From a virus (taxonomy: Duplodnaviria > Caudoviricetes), in the IMG/VR virus record IMGVR_UViG_3300046786_000614, positions 1 through 56,577 of that record: a stretch of DNA of 56,577 nt. The stretch is one strand, 5' to 3'. Shown piece by piece: positions 17,217 to 25,322 of the stretch. A program made the translations under genes and the position numbers. Position 1 is the first letter of the stretch, and each line of letters opens with the position of its first letter. Under the pieces are notes generated by a model. That model was not told where the DNA came from. It did not search any database and saw nothing but the letters and a program-made list of their open reading frames with translations.

Positions 17217-18795
17217 CGAATACCTTGCAGCGCTCGATGCGCTGCCAGAGGAGAAGAAGCGGCAAGTCATCAAGGACGCGCAGGCGGCGACCGCTCACCT
17301 CCGCTGGGTGCCCAACCCCGGGCCCCAGACCAAGGCCTACTTCAGCGAGGCAGACGAGCTCCTGTTCGGTGGCGAGGCCGGCGGCGGCAAGTCAGACCTT
17401 GGCATTGGCCTGAGCCTCACGGCGCACCAGCGTAGCCTGGTGCTGCGCAGGACCAACAAAGAAGCCGAGAAGCTCTTCGACCGGTACGAGACCATCCTGG
17501 GCACCACCGCCGGCAAGAACAGTCAGAAGGGCTGGCGGGTGGATGGCCGCATCATCGACATCGGTGGCTGCCAACTCGAGGCCGACAAGCAAAAGAGGAA
17601 GGGCATCGCGCATGACCTGAAGTTCTTCGACGAACTGGTCGACTTCACCGAAAGCCAGTACACCTTCATCATCACCTGGACGCGCAGCACGCACGAGGGG
17701 CAGCGCACCAGGATCGTGGCCACCACCAACCCACCCACCAGCCCGGCCGGCATGTGGGTGGTCAAGCGCTGGGCAGCATGGTTGGATCCTGCCCATCCGA
17801 ACCCGGCGAAGGATGGCGAGCTACGCTGGTACACAGCCGGTGAGGATGGGCAGGAGATCGAGGTCGACGGCAAGGGCCCGCATGAGATCAACGGCAAGGA
17901 GGTGTATGCCAAGTCCCGCACCTTCATCAGGTCCAAACTGAACGACAATCCGGACCTCACTCGCACTGGTGACTACCAGGCCCAGCTGAATGCCCTGCCT
18001 GCCGAACTGCGCGCCGCCTATGCCGAGGGCAGGTTCGATGCGCAGCTGAAGGACCAGCCCTTCCAGATCATTCCGACCGAGTGGATCAGGAGCGCGCAGG
18101 ATGCTTGGGAAGACCGCCCGCCTGCCGGCATACCGCAGTGCGCGATCGGTGTGGACGTGACCGGCGGCGGCACTGACCCCATGAAGATGGCCATCCGACA
18201 TGATGGGTGGTATGCGCCAATCGTGACCGTCGAGGCTGCCAAGATCGACAAGATGCGGCCGGGCGCCAGCGCAGCAGGGCACATCCTGAGCCACCGGCGG
18301 GACAACAGCACGGTGGTGGTTGACATGGGGGGCGGGTATGGCGGCCCCACCTATGAGAAACTGCACGAGAACCAGATCGCCGCGGTGCCGTTCAAGGGCG
18401 CCGAAGGCAGCGTGCGCCGCACCAAGGATGGCCTGCTCAAGTTCACCAACGTGCGCACCCAGGCTTACTGGCAGTTCAGGGAAGCGCTGGACCCGAGCCA
18501 GCCCGGTGGCAGTCCCATCAGGCTGCCACCGGATCCCGCAGTGCTGGCGCAGCTGGTGGCCGTGACCTTCTCGGTGACACCGAACGGCATTAAGGCCGAA
18601 CCCAAGGAGGACGTGCAGAAGAAGCTGGGCCGATCGCCAGACGATGCCGATGCCGTGGTGATGGCCTGGTATGCAGGGCCCACCTACGTGACTGATGGAC
18701 GAATCTGGCAGGAAGACAACGTTGGCAAGCTGGGCGGCCGCAAGCCACAGGTGATCATGAGCGGGCGCCGAAGTCCGCTGACCGGGCCGAAGTGA
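17203..18795 (+). CDS. terL: Terminase large subunit
   Basis: PNPGPQ, Walker A GGEAGGGKS, Walker B FFDEL, ATTNP, nuclease IGVDV..GG.D, RSPDDADA. Confidence 0.93.
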   Translation: MSALDEYLAALDALPEEKKRQVIKDAQAATAHLRWVPNPGPQTKAYFSEADELLFGGEAGGGKSDLGIGLSLTAHQRSLVLRRTNKEAEKLFDRYETILGTTAGKNSQKGWRVDGRIIDIGGCQLEADKQKRKGIAHDLKFFDELVDFTESQYTFIITWTRSTHEGQRTRIVATTNPPTSPAGMWVVKRWAAWLDPAHPNPAKDGELRWYTAGEDGQEIEVDGKGPHEINGKEVYAKSRTFIRSKLNDNPDLTRTGDYQAQLNALPAELRAAYAEGRFDAQLKDQPFQIIPTEWIRSAQDAWEDRPPAGIPQCAIGVDVTGGGTDPMKMAIRHDGWYAPIVTVEAAKIDKMRPGASAAGHILSHRRDNSTVVVDMGGGYGGPTYEKLHENQIAAVPFKGAEGSVRRTKDGLLKFTNVRTQAYWQFREALDPSQPGGSPIRLPPDPAVLAQLVAVTFSVTPNGIKAEPKEDVQKKLGRSPDDADAVVMAWYAGPTYVTDGRIWQEDNVGKLGGRKPQVIMSGRRSPLTGPK

Positions 18796-19169
18796 CCGAC
18801 CGCGCCACCCTGCTGCGATTGCTGTATGACCACAACGTGGCCAAGTATGGCGTGCCCTTCGAGGACTGGGAGCGTGCCACCACCGGGTGGCACCTCGAGC
18901 CGATCGAGCAAGGCGGCCAGGTGATCGCCGCGGTGATGATCCTGATGAACGAACTGCACATCGCAGCATGCGCCAAGCCCAAGGGCAGTACCAGGGCTGC
19001 GGTGCGCAATATCCTGCTGCCGGTGGTGCAAGAGTGGGGGAGTGCAAAAACGCGGGTAATGGCGGATAATCGCGCCGGGATCCGGTTTTGCCAGCGCCTT
19101 GGATTCGAAATCGAGAGTGAGGAAAACGGCATAGTTTCACTTACCTGCAAGAGGCCCGCCCATGCGTAG
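18792..19169 (+). CDS. GNAT-like virion-module protein
   Basis: ELHIA...TRVMADNRAGIRFCQRLGF. Confidence 0.6.
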   Translation: MTDRATLLRLLYDHNVAKYGVPFEDWERATTGWHLEPIEQGGQVIAAVMILMNELHIAACAKPKGSTRAAVRNILLPVVQEWGSAKTRVMADNRAGIRFCQRLGFEIESEENGIVSLTCKRPAHA

Positions 19170-19500
19170 ACTGCACCTGTTCCTGCTCACCTTCCTCGCT
19201 CTGTACACCGACTGGGCGATGGCCGAACCGGTGACCGCCTTTGCGGCAACCACCTTCGGCAAGACTTTGCTGTCAGGTGTGGCCTCCGGCCTTGTGGGAT
19301 CGATCTTTGGTGGGGGCAACAAGGGGCAGCAACAACAGCAAGCAGCCCCACCGCCCGTCGAGGCGCCGACGGTCATGCCGGTAGCTGACGATGCGGCAGC
19401 GCAGGCCGCCAAGAAGAAAAGCATTGCCGCGCAGATCCAGCGCCGCGGCCGCGCCAGCACCATCCTGACCGGTGGTGAGACCGAGACCATGGGCGCCTGA
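19162..19500 (+). CDS. Small virion protein upstream of portal (T7 gp7.3-like position)
   Basis: Gly/Ala-rich, PPPVEAP, RRGRASTILT ending. Confidence 0.6.
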   Translation: MRRLHLFLLTFLALYTDWAMAEPVTAFAATTFGKTLLSGVASGLVGSIFGGGNKGQQQQQAAPPPVEAPTVMPVADDAAAQAAKKKSIAAQIQRRGRASTILTGGETETMGA

Positions 19501-19502
19501 TC

Positions 19503-21143
19503 ATGAACACCCAGGAGCTCCACGAGTACGCTCTGAGCCTGTTCTCCAAGCGCAGTAGCTTCATGCTGCTGTGCCAGGACATCGCCGCCAATTTCTACGT
19601 GGAGCGCGCCGACTTCACCTACCAGCGCACACTGGGAACTGAGTTTGCCGGCGACCTGATGAGCAGCTACCCGCTTTACTGCCGGCGCGATCTTGGCGAC
19701 CAGGTGGGGCAAATGCTGCGGCCGACGAACAAGGAGTGGTACCACGGCAGCCTGGCGGATCCGCAGCGCGAGACCCACGAGGTCAAACAATACCTGCAAT
19801 GGACCGACAAGGTGATGCGCCGCGCGATGTTCGACCGGGAAGCCATGTTCACCCGGGCCGCCAAGGAAGCGGACCATGACTATGCTGCCTTCGGGCAGTC
19901 GATCATGCGGGTGCGCTTGAACAAACTCAAGAACGGGCTGCAGTTCACCTGCTACCACCTGCGCGACATCGCCTGGGTGGAGGATGCAGACCAGAAGCTT
20001 TGCTTCATCGTGCGCAAGTACAAGTCCAGCGCGCGCGATCTCAAGCGCGCCATGCCAAAGATCAGCGACAAGGTCGAGATGATGCTGTCGCAGAACAAGC
20101 CGCTCGAGGACGTGGAGTGCATGCACATGATGGTGGCGGCCGACATGTGGGATGGCAACGCCAATGGCAAGCCCTGGATCAGCATCCAGTACGACAGCGC
20201 GCACCAGTTCTGCATGGAAGAGATGCCCCAGTGGCACAAGGAGTACGTGATCAGCCGGTGGCAGACGGTGAGCGGCAGCCAGTATGCCTTCAGCCCTGCC
20301 ACCATCTGCGCGCTTCCTGAAGCCAGACTGCTGCAGGCCATGACCTACACCTTGCTCGAGGCCGGGGAGAAGAGCACCAACCCACCCATGGTGGCCACCC
20401 ACGAGGCGGTGAAGTCCGACGTGGCGGTGTACGCCGGCGGGATCACCTGGGTGGATGCCGCCTACGATGAGCGACTTGGTGACGCACTGAGGCCCTTGAC
20501 GATCGACCGGCATGGCCTGCCCTTTGGCGCCGAGATGCAGGAGAACAGCAAGGCCATGCTGATGCAGGCTTTCTACCTGAACAAGCTGCAGCTGCCACAA
20601 CGCACCGCGGAGATGACTGCCTACGAGGTAGGCCAGCGGGTGCAGGAGTACATCCGAGCCGCCCTTCCGCTCTTTGAGCCGATGGAGTACGAGTGCAATG
20701 GACAGCTGCTGGACGAAGTGTGGGATCTGATGTGGCGCAACGGTGGATTCGGCAGCCCGATGGACGCGCCGCGCGAGCTTCAGGACGCTGATGTGAACTG
20801 GCAGTTTGTCAGCCCGCTACACGACGCGCTTGAGCAGGTGAAGGGGCAGAAGTTCCTCGAGGCCAAGAGCATGATCGCAGAAGCTGTGGCGCTGGATCAG
20901 GGTGCTGCTGCGCTGATCGACGTGGGCCAGGCCCTGCGCGATACGCTCAACGGCATTGGAGTGCCTGCCATCTGGGTGCGCTCCGAGGTGCAGGTCGAGG
21001 ACATCAAGGCCCAGCAGGCTGCTGCTGCTCAAGCCCAGCAAACCCTGGCTGCCATGCAGCAAGGGGCTGATGTGGCGGGCACCATGGCAACGGCAGAGAA
21101 GGACCGGGCTGCCGCCGAGGCTGAACAGATGATTGCCGCATGA
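19503..21143 (+). CDS. Portal (head-to-tail connector) protein
   Basis: 546 aa; D..AFG, RW....S.Y..SP, A..P.A..LQ, MTAYEV..R..E motifs of T7-type portals. Confidence 0.88.
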   Translation: MNTQELHEYALSLFSKRSSFMLLCQDIAANFYVERADFTYQRTLGTEFAGDLMSSYPLYCRRDLGDQVGQMLRPTNKEWYHGSLADPQRETHEVKQYLQWTDKVMRRAMFDREAMFTRAAKEADHDYAAFGQSIMRVRLNKLKNGLQFTCYHLRDIAWVEDADQKLCFIVRKYKSSARDLKRAMPKISDKVEMMLSQNKPLEDVECMHMMVAADMWDGNANGKPWISIQYDSAHQFCMEEMPQWHKEYVISRWQTVSGSQYAFSPATICALPEARLLQAMTYTLLEAGEKSTNPPMVATHEAVKSDVAVYAGGITWVDAAYDERLGDALRPLTIDRHGLPFGAEMQENSKAMLMQAFYLNKLQLPQRTAEMTAYEVGQRVQEYIRAALPLFEPMEYECNGQLLDEVWDLMWRNGGFGSPMDAPRELQDADVNWQFVSPLHDALEQVKGQKFLEAKSMIAEAVALDQGAAALIDVGQALRDTLNGIGVPAIWVRSEVQVEDIKAQQAAAAQAQQTLAAMQQGADVAGTMATAEKDRAAAEAEQMIAA

Positions 21144-21514
21144 GCGAAGGCGAACAACCGCGGCACCCGGCGCTACCCAAGCGAGAAACCCAGCGCCGGA
21201 AGCCACAGGTAACGAGCGAGAGCCTGCTGGACAGTGCACCATGGCAGCCGGCCAAGTATGAGCTCGCCGACGTGACCGCCATCCAGGCAGTTGCTCGAGG
21301 TGATGCCGGGCCTGACCAGCAGAAGCGAGCGCTGGACTGGATCATCAAGCAGGCTTGCGACACCTACGGCTTTTCCTACCGGCCGAACAGTGATCGCGAC
21401 ACCAGCCTGGCACTGGGCAGGCAGTTCGCCGGCCAGCAGATCGTGAAGTTGTTGCACCTCAACCCGGCGGGTTTGAGGCGCAACGAGCGCAACGCAGACC
21501 CGCCTGAAGGCTAG
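21140..21514 (+). CDS. Bbp19-like small head-module protein
   Basis: QKRALDWII...SY...RDT..A.GRQF.G.QI; between portal and scaffold. Confidence 0.6.
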   Translation: MSEGEQPRHPALPKRETQRRKPQVTSESLLDSAPWQPAKYELADVTAIQAVARGDAGPDQQKRALDWIIKQACDTYGFSYRPNSDRDTSLALGRQFAGQQIVKLLHLNPAGLRRNERNADPPEG

Positions 21515-21525
21515 AGGAGAGGACC

Positions 21526-22539
21526 ATGAATCTGAGGATAGCGCGCCTGCTGGGCAGGCTTTACCGTGACGAGGACAAGCAAGGAGGTGGTGATGGCGGT
21601 GCAGCCGATGCTGGCGCAGGCGGTGACAAGGGTGCTGCTGGTGGTGCACCAGGTGGCGACAAACCTGCCGATGGTGGCGCCCCGGATGCCAAGGCAGGAG
21701 CAGCACCCGCTGCCGATGGGAAGGACGGCAAAGGTGCGGCCCCAGACGCAAACGCCGATGGGCCATGGGGCGCGGACTGGCGAAAGAAGCTGGCAGGCGA
21801 TGATGAAGCGAAGCTGAAGCGGGCAGGACGGTACGCTGACCCGGCAGCTATTGCAGACAGCCTGTTCCAGCTGCAGGACAAGATCGCCAAGGGTGAGCTC
21901 AGGAGCAACCTGCCCAAGGACGCAACGGCCGAGCAGATCACCAAGTGGCGCGCCGAAAACGGCATCCCTGAAGCGCCAGACAAGTACGACCTGGGTGACC
22001 TGAAGATTGCCGACGAGGACAAGGCTGTCATCAACGAATTCCTCAAGACCGGGCATTCGGCCAACATGACGCCCACCCAGGCCAAGGCCACAATCGACTG
22101 GTACTACAAGGAAGTTGAGCGCCAGACCGAGGCCAGGACCGAAGCGGACAAGGCTGCGGTGCGCGCCTCTGAAGATGCGCTGCGCGAGGACTGGGGCACC
22201 AACAACTACCGCGGCAACATGGCTGCCGTGAACAACCTGCTATCCACAATTCCCGAAGCGGCGCGCGATCGTTTCATGCATGGCCGGTTGGCTGATGGCA
22301 CCCCAATCATGGGGGATCCGGCCATGGTCAAGTTCCTGCATAGCCTGAGCCTGGAGATCAACCCGGCCGCCAGCCTGGACATCCCATCCGGCAGGGGCAC
22401 CATGCAGGGTATTGCTGATCGCAAGGCCGAGATCGAGAAGGTCATGTCGACCGACCGCTCGCGCTACAACAAGGACGAAAAGATGCAGGCCGAGTACCGC
22501 GACCTGATCGACGCCGAGTTGAAAATGAGCAAGAAGTAG
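21526..22539 (+). CDS. Capsid scaffolding protein
   Basis: G/A/D-rich flexible N-terminus, GIPEAPDKY, T..QA, L..DWG; position before the capsid gene. Confidence 0.8.
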   Translation: MNLRIARLLGRLYRDEDKQGGGDGGAADAGAGGDKGAAGGAPGGDKPADGGAPDAKAGAAPAADGKDGKGAAPDANADGPWGADWRKKLAGDDEAKLKRAGRYADPAAIADSLFQLQDKIAKGELRSNLPKDATAEQITKWRAENGIPEAPDKYDLGDLKIADEDKAVINEFLKTGHSANMTPTQAKATIDWYYKEVERQTEARTEADKAAVRASEDALREDWGTNNYRGNMAAVNNLLSTIPEAARDRFMHGRLADGTPIMGDPAMVKFLHSLSLEINPAASLDIPSGRGTMQGIADRKAEIEKVMSTDRSRYNKDEKMQAEYRDLIDAELKMSKK

Positions 22540-22577
22540 AGCAGAATCCGTTTGTCTCCTCCACCCTCCTGTGGATT

Positions 22578-22602
22578 AAGCCCGGTTCGCCGGGCTTTTT
22601 TT
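22578..22602 (+). terminator. Rho-independent terminator
   Basis: AAGCCCGG-TTCG-CCGGGCTT followed by a T-run. Confidence 0.85.
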
Positions 22603-22608
22603 CGCCCA

Positions 22609-22637
22609 TTGCGCGCCGAATCGGTTGGGTGTACGAT
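22609..22637 (+). promoter_or_regulatory. sigma70-like promoter for the capsid gene
   Basis: TTGCGC-17 nt-TACGAT immediately after the terminator. Confidence 0.6.
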
Positions 22638-22788
22638 TGCGCGCAACTGGCGGTCACCCCTCAAAAGAGGCCCCGCTGAGCACCCGAACACCAGGTAGCT
22701 CGGCCCCAGAATCGCAAGCCTACCCTGGCAAGCGTGATGGTCACCCCGAAGCGACGGTCGTAAAAACCCGTTTATTCAAGGAGCCATC

Positions 22789-23643
22789 ATGGCTGATACC
22801 GCATTCCAGATACAGTACCGGCAAGAGTTCATCGCCGGCTTCGAGCAGCACCAATCCCTTCTCCGCGAGACCGTCACGACCGAGGCGGTGATCAAAGGCA
22901 ATCAGGCAGTGTTCCTGGTGGCCGACTCCGGCGGCGCCGCGGCGGTTACCCGTGGCATCAACGGCCTGATCCCGGCGCGAGCGGACAACCAGACCCAGAA
23001 CACCTGCACGTTGGGTGAGTGGCACGACCTGGTGCGCAAGACTGGCTTCAACGTGTTTTCCTCGCAAGGCAACCAGCGCCAGATCATGCAGATGACCACC
23101 ATGGCGGTGCTCAACCGCAAGACCGACAGCCAGATCGTGACTGAGCTCAACACCGGCTCCGTGGCGATCGGTGGCACCGGCATTGTCCCCACCGTCAGCC
23201 TGTTCCAGAACGGCCGGGTCAAGCTGTCGAATGCGGCGGTGCCGTGGGACAGCAACATCGCGTTCCTGTGCCAGCCCTCGTTCCTGGCCTACCTCGAGCA
23301 AACGCCCGAGTTCACCAACGCGCAGTATGTCGAGCTTCGTCCGTACGCCGGCACTTCCGGCACGGCATCGTGGCGCGACAAGCCCCAGTCGTACAGGTGG
23401 CGCAACTGCCTGGTGATCGAGCACCCGAACCTTCCGGGTAAGGGCACCGCGGCTGAGAAGAACTTCCTGTACCACAAGATGGCGATCGGGCACGCCATGG
23501 ACACCAGCGGGATGCATACGCCGGTGGGCTACAACGAGGAGCAGGACTACAGCTGGTCCCGCGCTTCAGCCTTCATGGGTGCCAAGCTGCTGCAGAATGC
23601 CGGCGTGGTCGTTATCACCTCTGACGGTTCCCAATACGCCTAA
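22789..23643 (+). CDS. Major capsid protein
   Basis: AAGGAG RBS; AFQIQY...QHQSLLR.TV...A.LNRKTD..I; C-terminal MGAKLLQ..GVV; size and position. Confidence 0.85.
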   Translation: MADTAFQIQYRQEFIAGFEQHQSLLRETVTTEAVIKGNQAVFLVADSGGAAAVTRGINGLIPARADNQTQNTCTLGEWHDLVRKTGFNVFSSQGNQRQIMQMTTMAVLNRKTDSQIVTELNTGSVAIGGTGIVPTVSLFQNGRVKLSNAAVPWDSNIAFLCQPSFLAYLEQTPEFTNAQYVELRPYAGTSGTASWRDKPQSYRWRNCLVIEHPNLPGKGTAAEKNFLYHKMAIGHAMDTSGMHTPVGYNEEQDYSWSRASAFMGAKLLQNAGVVVITSDGSQYA

Positions 23644-23680
23644 AGCGTAGTCAACCCGTCAATTCTCAAGGAGAAAGACC

Positions 23681-24049
23681 ATGCCTTATTCCGGTTCTAC
23701 CGCAGCCTCTTCGGTTGCCAACCCGCCCATCTGCATCACGGGTGCTGGCCTCAGCCCGACGCTCAATGCATCGGCCAACGTGCTTGGATCCAGCTTGCAG
23801 AGCACCACTCCGTATGTGGGTGGCAACTCGATCTGGCGCTACACCTCGAGCGATGCATCAACCCTGCTTCAGGGCGTCGGGTATTTCACCGACGGCTTGG
23901 CGCTGGGCATGAAGATCGGCGATGTGTTGATCAACGTACGTCAGTCAAGCCTGGGCACCAGCCCGAGCGTGGTCATGGGCGTGCTGGTCACCACCGACAG
24001 CACCGCCGGCTTCAACCTCGCCCTGGGCGGCGTCATCGCTTCGTCCTAA
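23681..24049 (+). CDS. Ser/Thr-rich capsid decoration protein (putative)
   Basis: Strong RBS directly after the capsid gene; Y.SSD...GYFTDG...GMKIGDV. Confidence 0.65.
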   Translation: MPYSGSTAASSVANPPICITGAGLSPTLNASANVLGSSLQSTTPYVGGNSIWRYTSSDASTLLQGVGYFTDGLALGMKIGDVLINVRQSSLGTSPSVVMGVLVTTDSTAGFNLALGGVIASS

Positions 24050-24069
24050 TCTAGGACGCGCAGTAACCA

Positions 24070-24089
24070 CCCGGGCCTTCGGGCCCGGG
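24070..24089 (+). terminator. GC-rich cUUCGg hairpin (terminator or stabiliser)
   Basis: CCCGGGCC-TTCG-GGCCCGGG; weak U-tract. Confidence 0.55.
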
Positions 24090-24111
24090 CTTCACACTCT
24101 GAGGAGAGGAA

Positions 24112-24663
24112 ATGGCAACAGCACCCAAAGCAGCAGAGCAGGCCACCACCGAGCAGGCGGCCCAGACCCCACAGGCAATCGCGCGATCTGCACCTGCACC
24201 TGCACCTGCACCTGCACCGCGCAAGCCCATCCCAAGCCTGAGCCCCGAGCGGTTCAAGACGGCCGAGTACGAGCGCCAGATCCATGTGGCCAATGCCGAT
24301 GAGGCAACCCTGCCGACGGACATTCTGGACCCCAACTACTGGGCGCACAACGCCGCCCAGATGAAGCCATGGGACCGCATTGAGGTGCGCGCGAACGACG
24401 GCACCTGGTTTGCCGAACTGATCGTGCTGGATGTCAGCCGCCAATGGGCCAAGGTGCACTGTCTGAACCTGCACAAGTTCTCGGACTTCGACACCAGTCA
24501 GACCGGTGCCGTCACACTCAACATGCCCTACATCGTGACCCACAAGGGCCCGCAGCTAAAGTGGTGCGTGATCCGCCGGGTCGACAATGCCATCGTCCAC
24601 CAGGAATCCTCGAGCCCCGAGGAAGCGCAGCAGTGGATGAAGGAACGGATGAAAGCCGGCTAA
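24112..24663 (+). CDS. Hypothetical virion-module protein with Ala-Pro linker
   Basis: GAGG RBS; (CTGCAC)x5 at 24188-24217 encodes APAPAPAPAP. Confidence 0.7.
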   Translation: MATAPKAAEQATTEQAAQTPQAIARSAPAPAPAPAPRKPIPSLSPERFKTAEYERQIHVANADEATLPTDILDPNYWAHNAAQMKPWDRIEVRANDGTWFAELIVLDVSRQWAKVHCLNLHKFSDFDTSQTGAVTLNMPYIVTHKGPQLKWCVIRRVDNAIVHQESSSPEEAQQWMKERMKAG

Positions 24664-25320
24664 GTGACCACCTCCCGCCTGTCCATCTACAACGGCGCGC
24701 TTGAGAAGATAGGCAAGCGCCGCATCGCCTCGCTCACGGTGAACGAGGAAGCGCGCCACCTGATGGACACGGTGTGGAACGATGGTGGGGTTCAGTACTG
24801 CCTCGAGCAGGGCCAGTGGAAGTTTGCCATGCGGGCCCAGATGCTGGACTACGACACCGCCATCACGCCGGAATTTGGATACCGCAGGGGGTTCACCAAG
24901 CCGACTGACTGGGTGGCCACCAGTGGCATTTGCGCCGATGAGTACTACAACACGCCGGTGACCCGGTACCGCGACGAGGTGGGCGTGATCTGGTGCGACC
25001 TTGACCGGATCTATGTCCGGTTTGTCAGCAACCACGCCGACTTCGGCAACGACCTGAGCCGCTGGCCTGCCATCTTCACCGAGTTCGTCAAGACCTACTT
25101 CGCCAGCCGGATTGTGCTCAAGGCCACCGGCGACAAAGAGCTTGCCCTTACGTTTGTCAAGAACAAGGGGCTGGTCGATCAGGCTTTGCTGACCGCCCTG
25201 AACCGGGACGCGCAGAACGACCCGCCCAAATTCCCGGCCGCCGGCAACTGGGTATTGAGCCGCCGAGGCACCAACAGCCAGTGGCGTGATGGCGGATCCC
25301 GCAACCGCCTGATCGGGTAG
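24664..25320 (+). CDS. Tail tubular protein A / adaptor (T7 gp11-like)
   Basis: IYNGALEKIG...I.SL...EAR...WKFA...P.DW. Confidence 0.8.
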   Translation: MTTSRLSIYNGALEKIGKRRIASLTVNEEARHLMDTVWNDGGVQYCLEQGQWKFAMRAQMLDYDTAITPEFGYRRGFTKPTDWVATSGICADEYYNTPVTRYRDEVGVIWCDLDRIYVRFVSNHADFGNDLSRWPAIFTEFVKTYFASRIVLKATGDKELALTFVKNKGLVDQALLTALNRDAQNDPPKFPAAGNWVLSRRGTNSQWRDGGSRNRLIG

Positions 25321-25322
25321 CC

